Source: a virus (taxonomy: Duplodnaviria; Caudoviricetes). Taken from it: 54,088 bases of DNA. This document shows, in pieces, positions 33,355-42,106 of the stretch (position 1 is its first letter; each line of letters starts with the position of its first letter). The notes beneath the pieces are model-generated. The model ran no database searches. It was not told the origin of the DNA and saw nothing but the letters and a program-made list of their open reading frames with translations. The stretch covers positions 1 through 54,088 of the IMG/VR virus record IMGVR_UViG_3300037264_002957. One strand, written 5' to 3'. Position numbers and translations under genes: made by a program.

Positions 33355-36300
33355 TCTCTTGTTCTTGTGGTTGACGCTCGTGTCGGCGCCGGCCTTCGCG
33401 CAGCAGGAAGTTGACGCGCTAAAGATCTTCTTAGGCACGAGGACGTCGCGTTGTGAGATGCGGACCGGCATCGGGACGCCCGAAGGCGTGCAAACGGCGC
33501 CGGTCTGTACCCAGTACCTCAATATTTCTGACGGGATCTGGTGGTACAAGGCCACGGGCACTGGCAACACCGGTTGGGCGACGTCCACCACGGGCGGCAC
33601 CGTCACGTCGGTCGCGATGACGGTCCCGACGGGACTAAGTATCGCCGGTTCCCCAGTGACAACCGCTGGCACGCTCGCGGTCTCGCTCACGTCGGGCTAC
33701 ATGATTCCCGGTGGGGGCACCAGCGGACAGATCCTCCAATCGCAGGGCGCGAGCGCGCCGGCCTTCTCGACGGCCACCTATCCGGCCACCGGCGGCACAA
33801 GTGGCACCTTTCTCCGGTCTGACGGCACGAACTGGGCGAATTCCACGCTGGTCTTGCCCAACGCGGCCTCCATCGGGGATCTGCTGGTGGCGAGCGGGGC
33901 GAACACGTACGGATCCCAGGCGCCAGCGGCCCTGACGAAGGGGGACGATACGAACGTGACGCTGACGCTCGGCGGGTCAGCCTCGACCGCCCTCATCAAT
34001 GCTGCGTCGATTACCGCTGGCTGGACCGGCACCCTTAGCCTCGCCCGTGGCGGCACTGCGGCGAACATCACACCGGTGCTGGGCGGCGTGGTGTATTCGA
34101 CGGCCGCGGCCTTAGCCGTGACCGCCGCGGGTAACGCCGGGGCGCCGCTCATCAGCACCGGGGCCTCGGCCCCGTCCTTCACGAACGTGCTACGCATGAC
34201 CAGCACGAACACGACGGCGACGAACAAGGCGCCGATCTACGTGCAGAACAACCTACTGACAACGACGGCCGGCCAAAACGCCGGATTCTGGTGGCAGCTC
34301 GCGCCGGATAGTGGTGGATCGTGCAACACGGCCAATCCCGGGGCCAATGACTTCGTCGGCTACTACGGCTGTGGCGAGTCCGTGAGTGGCCGAGACACCG
34401 CAACCCTCGGCGCCAGTGCCGCGATCTTCGGTACCAACATCGTGCTCACCGCGAACGTGGGCTTCAACATGGGCCTGGTCGGGCACGAGGTGGACATTCA
34501 GAACGTCAGCGGGGAAGGCACCAGCGTGCCGCCCGCGTGGTCATCGAATGGCAAACTTGGTTACGGCGCCGTCTGCGCGAGCACGCCCTCCACTGATGGG
34601 GACTGTTCCGCGGGCTTTTCCTCCCACGTCGGCGGGACCGACTTCAACGACCTGTGGAAGTACGGCTTCGAGGCGCACGGGACTCGTACCGCCGCGTTCT
34701 ACGCTCGCAAGAGCGGGAACCTCGGGGATCAGAACCCCACGAATGCGCTGCTGGGAGACGTAGATAGCACGAACTTCCTCAAGACGACCGGCACGCACAC
34801 GATGCTGCTGGACTCCTCGCTCATTAAGCTCTACGGCAGTTCCGGCGGGCGTGCGGGCATTCACGGCCTGGAGCCGGTCCTCGACTTGTACGAGTCGGAT
34901 CAAGCCGTGGATGAGAAATACTGGCGGTCGAACGTCGCCTCGAGTGTGTTCAGCCTCCAGACCGTGAACGACGCGTACACCGTGGCGTCCGTGCGGTTAT
35001 CTCAGACGCGCTCGGGACTGTTGACCGTCTTGTCCGACGCGGCGGCTGGAAGCTATACCGCGGCGAAGAGTGCGGTGTTCTTCCGTGACGCGGCTGGCAC
35101 GGAGGTGTTCCGGATCTGGGGCACCGACCCGACACTCGCCAATTTCAACGCCATGAACCTCTACATCGGCCATAAGGCCGGTGAGAACGCGACGACGAAC
35201 AACACGGACACAGGCCGGTACAATACCGCGATCGGGACGTTCTCACTTCGGTCGAACACGACGGGCGCTGGCAACGTCGCCGTCGGCTACAAGGCTCTTG
35301 AATTGAACACGGACGGGTACGGCAATCAGGCGCAGGGGTATCAGGCGCTCGCGGCGAACACGACCGGATTCAGTAACACCGCTGTCGGCAATGACGCAAT
35401 GGCCTTTGGTGCGGCGAGTTCTGACAGCACCGGCGTGGGCCAGTCGGCGATCAATAAGGGAAACGCGACCGGATGCACCGGCGTCGGTTACTTCTCGCTG
35501 TTCAGCACTTCGACGGTGTGTACATACGCAACGGCGATCGGGTGGCGGGCGTTCAGCAATCTGACGTCCGCCACGTCTTCGGTGGCGATTGGCGCGGAGG
35601 CCGCTCGTCGGCTCGGGGATAACGTGACGGCGAATACCGCCAGCACGCAAGGCGTGTATATCGGCGCGCTGAGTCACCCGCTCGCGAGCGGAGCCACGAA
35701 TGAAATCGTCATCGGGTATGCCGTGACCGGGAACGGCGACAACACGGCGACGATCGGGAATTCGTCGCAGGTCACGGCGTATATCACCGGCGCGGTGTGG
35801 GCGACCAAGACGACAGAGCAGCTTCGGGTGCGCTACGACGCGTCGAATTATTGGACAGCCACGACGTCCTCGGCGGGCGCGGTCACGCTTGACGCGGTGG
35901 GCGCGTCGGCCGGATTCGCCCTGTCCGATCCGCTGACCCTCTCCACCAGCGTGAATGGGGGTGTCGTGTATTCGACCGCCACCTCGATCGCGATCAGCGC
36001 GGCGGGCTCGGCGGGGCAACTGTTGAGGAGTGCCGGCGCGGCCGCTCCGACGTGGTCCACGGCGACGTTCTCGGACACGGCCACCACGACCGGTGCGTAT
36101 TTGAGGGCCGACGGGACGAACTGGATCATGAGCACGTTGATTTTGCCGAACGCGATTACGGCGAATCGCGTGGTCTACGGGTCCGCGACCGATACGTACG
36201 GCTCCAGCGCGAACCTGACGTTCGACGGGACACGGCTCTCCACGACGGCGTTCACGAACTCTGGCAACGAACTCCGGACCGGCGTGATCTCACCGACGCA

Positions 36301-36592
36301 ATTGGTCGCCAACACGGACGACTGGAATCCCACCGGGCTCTCTACCGCGAACGTGATCCGGCTCGACATCGACGCGGCTCGGACTATTACCGGGATCGTC
36401 GCGCAAACCAGCGGGACGATGATTTTGCTCTACAACACGTCGGCGTTCACGGCGACCCTCTCGCACGACGCCACGAGCACGGCCGCGAACCGGTTTTATG
36501 CGCCAGGGGCGGTGGATTTTTCACTGACGCAGAAGAAGTCCATCTGGATTCGCTACGACGGCACGCATACCCGGTGGACCATCATTGGATAA
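33344..36592 (+). CDS. long tail fibre/adhesin-like protein with signal-peptide-like N-terminus
   Basis: MRLSLLFLWLTLVSAPAFA; GTVTSV, GTLSLARGGT, NTAIG..AL..NT beta-roll repeats. Confidence 0.75.
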   Translation: MRLSLLFLWLTLVSAPAFAQQEVDALKIFLGTRTSRCEMRTGIGTPEGVQTAPVCTQYLNISDGIWWYKATGTGNTGWATSTTGGTVTSVAMTVPTGLSIAGSPVTTAGTLAVSLTSGYMIPGGGTSGQILQSQGASAPAFSTATYPATGGTSGTFLRSDGTNWANSTLVLPNAASIGDLLVASGANTYGSQAPAALTKGDDTNVTLTLGGSASTALINAASITAGWTGTLSLARGGTAANITPVLGGVVYSTAAALAVTAAGNAGAPLISTGASAPSFTNVLRMTSTNTTATNKAPIYVQNNLLTTTAGQNAGFWWQLAPDSGGSCNTANPGANDFVGYYGCGESVSGRDTATLGASAAIFGTNIVLTANVGFNMGLVGHEVDIQNVSGEGTSVPPAWSSNGKLGYGAVCASTPSTDGDCSAGFSSHVGGTDFNDLWKYGFEAHGTRTAAFYARKSGNLGDQNPTNALLGDVDSTNFLKTTGTHTMLLDSSLIKLYGSSGGRAGIHGLEPVLDLYESDQAVDEKYWRSNVASSVFSLQTVNDAYTVASVRLSQTRSGLLTVLSDAAAGSYTAAKSAVFFRDAAGTEVFRIWGTDPTLANFNAMNLYIGHKAGENATTNNTDTGRYNTAIGTFSLRSNTTGAGNVAVGYKALELNTDGYGNQAQGYQALAANTTGFSNTAVGNDAMAFGAASSDSTGVGQSAINKGNATGCTGVGYFSLFSTSTVCTYATAIGWRAFSNLTSATSSVAIGAEAARRLGDNVTANTASTQGVYIGALSHPLASGATNEIVIGYAVTGNGDNTATIGNSSQVTAYITGAVWATKTTEQLRVRYDASNYWTATTSSAGAVTLDAVGASAGFALSDPLTLSTSVNGGVVYSTATSIAISAAGSAGQLLRSAGAAAPTWSTATFSDTATTTGAYLRADGTNWIMSTLILPNAITANRVVYGSATDTYGSSANLTFDGTRLSTTAFTNSGNELRTGVISPTQLVANTDDWNPTGLSTANVIRLDIDAARTITGIVAQTSGTMILLYNTSAFTATLSHDATSTAANRFYAPGAVDFSLTQKKSIWIRYDGTHTRWTIIG

Positions 36593-36633
36593 CCAGTTGG
36601 GGGAAACAATGGATCGGCCGTATAACTGGAGCC

Positions 36634-37026
36634 GTGAATTTCACGACGCGGGTCCTGCCGCCGGACGAGTATCCGCGGCTGGCTGGTACGGAAGCGGAAG
36701 GGTTGTGGCCGCTCTTGCCGCCGGATTCGCGCGTGATCGTGATTGAGGACCCGGACGGGCGGATTATCGGGTGCTGGACGCTGTTTCGCCCGTTGCACGC
36801 GGAGTGCTTATGGGTCGCGCCGGCCCATCGGAAGGGGTCGAGCGTCTTTCGTCGGTTGTTGTGCGGGATGTTCACGCAGGCCTCCGCGATGGACGCCAAG
36901 GCGGTCGTGACGGCCTCGAGGAGCGATGAGGTGACCCGATTGCTCAGGAATTTCGGCGCTGATGAACTACCAGGGCGCCATTACACGTTGACGATTCCAC
37001 AGAGGTTCGTATGCCCATCGGAGTAG
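36634..37026 (+). CDS. GNAT-fold protein preceding ejection genes
   Basis: SD ggag then GTG; LWVAPAHRKG motif. Confidence 0.65.
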   Translation: MNFTTRVLPPDEYPRLAGTEAEGLWPLLPPDSRVIVIEDPDGRIIGCWTLFRPLHAECLWVAPAHRKGSSVFRRLLCGMFTQASAMDAKAVVTASRSDEVTRLLRNFGADELPGRHYTLTIPQRFVCPSE

Positions 37027-37589
37027 GCGCGGCGATGTTGATCGGGGCCGGCGTGCAGGCCGTCGGGTCCGTGATCAGTGCTAAGAAACAAGGCGACGCG
37101 GCCAAGAAGGCCGCCGCCGTGCAGTCGCGGTCGAATGACCAGGCGTTTGGGGCGATCACGCGCGGGTACGAAGAGTCCCGCGATGCGATGGCCCCCTACG
37201 CCCGCGTCGGCGGTGCGGCCAACGACCTCATGGGACAACTGATGAGCCCGACGTCACGGTACGACCCAGGCCAGCCAATAAATGGACCGATGGGACTTGG
37301 CGGTGGTGGTGGGCCGATGGGACCACCCGGACCACCCGGAGGACCGATGCCTGGGCCGCCGCAGGGCCCGCCTCCTGGTGCCATGGGTGGTCGGATGCAG
37401 GACATGTTCCGCCGTGGTCAGGGCGCCGAGATGCCTCCGGATGGCGCTCCGATGCCTGGGCGGATGGGCCCGCCACCTCCGCAACCGATGGGTCGAGCGC
37501 CGATGGGGCCACCGCCGCCGCAAGGTGCGCCGCCGCAGTACTACCAACCCTATCAGCGCCGCTCGATGGGCGACATGTATCAATCATAG
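37011..37589 (+). CDS. DNA ejection (pilot) protein, P22 gp7-like, Pro/Gly/Met tail
   Basis: AAMLIGAGVQAVGSVISAKKQGDAAKKAA...APYARVG. Confidence 0.7.
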   Translation: MPIGVGAAMLIGAGVQAVGSVISAKKQGDAAKKAAAVQSRSNDQAFGAITRGYEESRDAMAPYARVGGAANDLMGQLMSPTSRYDPGQPINGPMGLGGGGGPMGPPGPPGGPMPGPPQGPPPGAMGGRMQDMFRRGQGAEMPPDGAPMPGRMGPPPPQPMGRAPMGPPPPQGAPPQYYQPYQRRSMGDMYQS

Positions 37590-37598
37590 GAACTCACC

Positions 37599-38642
37599 AT
37601 GCCACGATTTTTTGACGAAAACACGATGGGCTCCATGGGCTACCGCACCATGGACGAGGATCCGTACGGTGGTCAGATGCCGGGTGGCCCGATGCCTATG
37701 GAACAGGACTTTGGGCCCAGAGTGCCGTGGCAGAGCGCGCCGCCTCAGCAGTTCGCCGCTTTCGGCGGTGGACAGCCGGGCGGCGGTGGCCCGATGCCGA
37801 TGGAACAGAACTTCAGACCACAGATGAGCAGCTCACCGCCTGGCGGTGAGAGCGGCGGTCTGATGATGGCCGACCAAATGCCGCCGGGCCCCCCGCCAGG
37901 CCAGATGTTCAACAGCCCAGAGAGGTTCAGCCCGGCCGGCGGGGAGAGCGGCGGCCGAATGATGGCCGATCAAATGCCGCCGGGCCCCCCGCCAGGCCAG
38001 ATGTTCAACAGCCCAGAGAGGTTCAGCCCGGCCGGCGGGGAGAGCGGCGGCCGAATGATGACCGACGCTCTGCCTCCCCAGCAGATGATGAACAACTTCG
38101 GCGGTGGCGATGCGGGTCGATCGCCTACGTGGGCCCCACCGGATTTGACGGGCCGCCAGTACGACGGGATGGCTAAGATGGGCCGCGGCGATTCGCCGGA
38201 CGCGATGCGTCGTGCGGCCAGTGTGGCCGGTGGTGGCGGCGGCGACATGTTACGCCCGTTTAACGGCCCTCGTGACGGGTCGCCAGGATTACCGACACCA
38301 GACGGTCCGGCCGGCGGCTTGAAGCCGTTCAATGGCGCTGGGAGCGTGGTGGGCGGCGCTGGCATGTGGGCTGGGCCTAGCACTGGGATGGCTCCGGCGG
38401 GCCCTTCGAAGCAGTTGTCGATGCCGCCGCCAGCCATCGGTCCGCAAAGCGGTGGTGGCTTCATGCCTCCGCCAGGAAGCGGGATGCAAGCGAATCCACC
38501 GCAGCCCCCCCCGCCGGATCAGCGTCGGCGCTCGATGCTGCGCGGGCCAGCGGCCAGAATGGCACAGAGGCTCCCGCCTGGTGTCCAAGGGACCGCGGGC
38601 CGCATCGCGGGCCGCATGGCGAGCATGTACGGCGGAGGATAA
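37599..38642 (+). CDS. Pro/Gly/Met low-complexity protein
   Basis: SD agga; sits between ejection genes. Confidence 0.6.
   Translation: MPRFFDENTMGSMGYRTMDEDPYGGQMPGGPMPMEQDFGPRVPWQSAPPQQFAAFGGGQPGGGGPMPMEQNFRPQMSSSPPGGESGGLMMADQMPPGPPPGQMFNSPERFSPAGGESGGRMMADQMPPGPPPGQMFNSPERFSPAGGESGGRMMTDALPPQQMMNNFGGGDAGRSPTWAPPDLTGRQYDGMAKMGRGDSPDAMRRAASVAGGGGGDMLRPFNGPRDGSPGLPTPDGPAGGLKPFNGAGSVVGGAGMWAGPSTGMAPAGPSKQLSMPPPAIGPQSGGGFMPPPGSGMQANPPQPPPPDQRRRSMLRGPAARMAQRLPPGVQGTAGRIAGRMASMYGGG
37845..38060 (+). repeat. 96-nt in-frame tandem repeat (about 2.2 copies)
   Basis: caaatgccgccgggccccccgccaggccagatgttcaac... at 37875 and 37971. Confidence 0.9.
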
Positions 38643-38648
38643 CCACCG

Positions 38649-40259
38649 ATGCCCGTTCCGGACACGGCCGTCTCCCCGACGCTACAGCAACCGACGACGG
38701 GGACTGGCGGCAACAGTAATCCATTCGGCTACACCATGGGGTCGTTGCTGACGCCGTGGAGCGGGAAGTTCACGGCGCCCGGTGGAGGGGGAGGTGCGCC
38801 GTCTGGCGCGCCCGCGCCGCCGCCCTCGTTCAGTTTCGGCACATTCAATCCTGGTAGCTTCTCGGCCGAACAGTTCAGCGGCGGTCCCGATTTCAAGGCG
38901 GCGACGCCGAATTTCGAAGGGGCCCGTTTCCAATCTCCGGGCGAGTTTCAAGCGCCGGTCGGCACCTTCGATCCGGGCCAATTCAGTGGTGGCCGGATGG
39001 CGGCGCCGGCGCAATTCCAAGGGGGACCTGAATTCCAGGGCGGACCTGCGCTGACGCTCGGCCGCGTCGATCAGCAGATGCTCGCGGCCCGGCCTGGGTT
39101 TACCGCGCCGACCGCCGAGGAGGCGATGGGCGATCCGGGCTACCAGTTCCGGATGAAAGAGGCCATTCGGGCCATGACGAACAACAAGGCCGCGCAGGGC
39201 TTGGCGCGATCGAGTGGGTACGTCAAGGGCATCAATGACTACGTGCAGGATTCGGCCTCGCAGGAGTACGACAAGGTCTACGGCCGGCGCCGAGGGGAGT
39301 ACGATCAAGACACCGCGGATCAGTTTGGGACGTTCGACCGCAACCAGGCGGAACGCTTCGGGGCCTTCGATCGGAACACACAGGCGGCGTCAGCGGAGAA
39401 CATGACGGCCTACGAGCGCGCCGCGTCCGAGAACGACCGCACCTACGGACGCGCGTCGTCGGAGTACGACCGGGACTTCTCGAACACGTTTGCGGTCGAT
39501 GAGGCCAACTACGGCCGCGGCGCGTCGGAGTTCGACCGCAACGCCGCCAATGCGCGGACGGCCAACGAGACGACGTACGGCCGGGCGGCCTCCGAAGACG
39601 ATCGGACCTACGGGCGCCAGTTCAGCGAGTACCAGGACGATTACCGCAACCGGGCCGCTGAAAACGATCGGAATTTCGGCCGTGAGTTCGACACGTACCA
39701 GGCCAACTACGGCAACAGGCTCAACGCGTTCACGGCGAACACCGGCGCCGCGCTCGGCGGCGCCAGCCTGAACTACCAGATGCAGTCCGGGGCCTACGAC
39801 CGCAATTATCAGAACGCGCTCACGACCTACCAGATGGACGCGCAGGCCCAGGCGGCGGCGGCGGCCGGCGCCGCGGGCGCGTCGTCGCAGGATTACAACC
39901 GGGCCCTGAACGAGTATGAGATGCAGCGCGACGAGTTCTGGAGCAATCAGGACCGTCAGTATTCACGGTTGTCCGATCAACAGCGCTTGGGCTTCAGCGC
40001 CGCGCAGAACCAAGGCGCCAACTCGAACGCGTACGGCCAGAACAGCGCCGAGTACTACTACAACCAAGGCAACGCGGGGGCGTCCGGGATCATCGGCGGC
40101 GCCAATGCGTTCTCGGCCGGCGCGCAGGGCGTCGGCAACGCGGCGATCGGCGCCGCGGCCTATTACGGGACACAGGCGCGCGCGCCACAACAAACATACC
40201 GGTTGCCGGGACAATCGTTGGGTCCGCTCCCGCCAGCGCCGCCGTACGGACGGAAATAA
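38649..40259 (+). CDS. DNA ejection protein
   Basis: DPGYQFR...AAQGL..SS...ASQEY motif; (Y/F)GRA.SE.DR repeats; QGNAGASGIIGGANA. Confidence 0.7.
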   Translation: MPVPDTAVSPTLQQPTTGTGGNSNPFGYTMGSLLTPWSGKFTAPGGGGGAPSGAPAPPPSFSFGTFNPGSFSAEQFSGGPDFKAATPNFEGARFQSPGEFQAPVGTFDPGQFSGGRMAAPAQFQGGPEFQGGPALTLGRVDQQMLAARPGFTAPTAEEAMGDPGYQFRMKEAIRAMTNNKAAQGLARSSGYVKGINDYVQDSASQEYDKVYGRRRGEYDQDTADQFGTFDRNQAERFGAFDRNTQAASAENMTAYERAASENDRTYGRASSEYDRDFSNTFAVDEANYGRGASEFDRNAANARTANETTYGRAASEDDRTYGRQFSEYQDDYRNRAAENDRNFGREFDTYQANYGNRLNAFTANTGAALGGASLNYQMQSGAYDRNYQNALTTYQMDAQAQAAAAAGAAGASSQDYNRALNEYEMQRDEFWSNQDRQYSRLSDQQRLGFSAAQNQGANSNAYGQNSAEYYYNQGNAGASGIIGGANAFSAGAQGVGNAAIGAAAYYGTQARAPQQTYRLPGQSLGPLPPAPPYGRK

Positions 40260-40262
40260 CCG

Positions 40263-42080
40263 ATGCCGCTTGATTTCAGAATTCCGCTCAGTGGCCGCGG
40301 CGCCGAGTTCGATCCGATCGGGATCTTCGGCCGCATGAGCGATCTCCGGTCGCAGCGACAGGACCAGGAGATCCGCCAGAAGCAAATCGCGCAGCTCAAG
40401 AAGAAAGAGGACGAGGACAGCGCGTTTGAGAGTGCGATTCGAGACGCCAATGGCGATTTGAACATTGCGAGCAAGACGCTCAAGAGCTTGGGGCTGTACG
40501 ACCGTGCGCAGCAAGTAGACGAAGATGTACGCAAGCAGCGAATCGGGGCGTTGACGGAATACCAGCAGCAGTTGAACACCTCCGCGGCGGTGATGAAGCG
40601 GATCCAAGACATCGCGAAATCAGCCCAAACCCCAGAGGGCTGGGCCGTGGCTGGCCAGCAAATCCGACAGGTCGCCACGGAGTCCGGGTTGCCAGAATCC
40701 CTCCTCGCGTATGTGCCGCAACAGTTCGACAAGGCCGGGATCGACGGCATCATCAACTTCGGCAAGTCCGCGGAGGACATGGCCAGAGAGCGCACGATCG
40801 CCGCGCGGGACATGATCGAGGCGAACAACCTCGCGGACAGCAACGAGGCGCGCGCCGAAAAAGCCCGCCGAGCGGTGACGCGCCAACTGGCGACCGCTGA
40901 CAACGACGAAGAGTACCGACAGTTCATCGACCAGGCGCGCGCGGCTGGTGCGCCGCAAGCGGTGCTCGTGCCGTTCATTCAGCGCGGGTTCAGTCCGGAA
41001 ACGATCGCGGACCTTCGGGCGACGGTGCAGGCCGGGATCCCGCAGCCGAAGCCGGGCGAGTACGAGGATTTGGCGGCGAGGTTCGCGCGCGAGAACAAGA
41101 TCGACATCGACGACATCACGTACCAGCAGTCCCTGAAACTCCTCCAGGCCATTGCGGTCGCCAAGGAAGGCACGCCGCCGCGGCCAGCCGGCGGCGGTCA
41201 GGACACCGAGTACGAGAAGTTCTACAAGAAGAAACTCCGGGAGAACGGCGTGACGGACGATCAGGTCACGTCGTCGCAGGCGCTGGCGTGGCGCCGTGAA
41301 TTCTCCGTGAACGGGCTGACCGAGAACGCGCGCGCCAACGCGGTGCGGTACAGGGCCGACGCGCTCAATGAGATCGACGAACTGGGCTTGGGCAACGAGA
41401 AGGCTAAGCCGATGCGCGACCGCGTCGAAGCGGCCTATCAGGACATGATCAGCGGTGGGGCACCGATGGAAGCGCCGCGGCCCCCGCTCCCGCCTGGCGC
41501 GTCGTTCGTGCAGACGCCGAACGGTATCGGCGGTCGGCCGCAGCAGCCACAGATGGGTGCGGGGACGATGCGTGACTTCTTTATGGGCGGGTCGGCGCCG
41601 CCGCCACCGCCCGCGGGACGGCCGCCGATGATGCCGCCGCCACGAGGCGCGGGTGGACCGCCGATGCCACCACCGGGACCGCCGACGATGATGCCGCCGC
41701 CACGAGGCGCGGGTGGACCGCCGATGCCACCACCGGGACCGCCGACGATGCCGACGATCACCCAGCGAAAATTGAATCCCGGTGAACCTGGTCCGCCGCC
41801 TGGGCCGATGGTTGGTGGACAGCAGTTGCCGCCAGGCGCCCCACCACCAATCATGCCGCCGCCAGGACCTCCACCGGCCGCTGCCGCGCCTCCGGCACCA
41901 CCGGTGCCACCGACCGCGCCGGCCGAGCCGGAGATCCCGCCGCAGTACCTTGAGCGCGCGCGACAGGTCCAGATCCCGAAGGGGAAGAACGTCGGCACCA
42001 TCCGCTTCGCGGACGGAACCGTCCTTGAAAAGAACCGGTCGGGGTCCATTCGGTTGATCTCGCAACCTGGTCGAAGATAG
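40263..42080 (+). CDS. DNA ejection / internal virion protein with Pro-rich C-terminus
   Basis: MPLDFRIPL start, helical body, position before giant gene. Confidence 0.7.
   Translation: MPLDFRIPLSGRGAEFDPIGIFGRMSDLRSQRQDQEIRQKQIAQLKKKEDEDSAFESAIRDANGDLNIASKTLKSLGLYDRAQQVDEDVRKQRIGALTEYQQQLNTSAAVMKRIQDIAKSAQTPEGWAVAGQQIRQVATESGLPESLLAYVPQQFDKAGIDGIINFGKSAEDMARERTIAARDMIEANNLADSNEARAEKARRAVTRQLATADNDEEYRQFIDQARAAGAPQAVLVPFIQRGFSPETIADLRATVQAGIPQPKPGEYEDLAARFARENKIDIDDITYQQSLKLLQAIAVAKEGTPPRPAGGGQDTEYEKFYKKKLRENGVTDDQVTSSQALAWRREFSVNGLTENARANAVRYRADALNEIDELGLGNEKAKPMRDRVEAAYQDMISGGAPMEAPRPPLPPGASFVQTPNGIGGRPQQPQMGAGTMRDFFMGGSAPPPPPAGRPPMMPPPRGAGGPPMPPPGPPTMMPPPRGAGGPPMPPPGPPTMPTITQRKLNPGEPGPPPGPMVGGQQLPPGAPPPIMPPPGPPPAAAAPPAPPVPPTAPAEPEIPPQYLERARQVQIPKGKNVGTIRFADGTVLEKNRSGSIRLISQPGRR
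41621..41750 (+). repeat. 60-nt in-frame tandem repeat (about 2 copies)
   Basis: atgccgccgccacgaggcgcgggtggaccgccgatgccaccaccgggaccgccgacgatg x2. Confidence 0.9.
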
Positions 42081-42106
42081 GTCTCGGCCCACTGTAGGAC
42101 CGAGAC

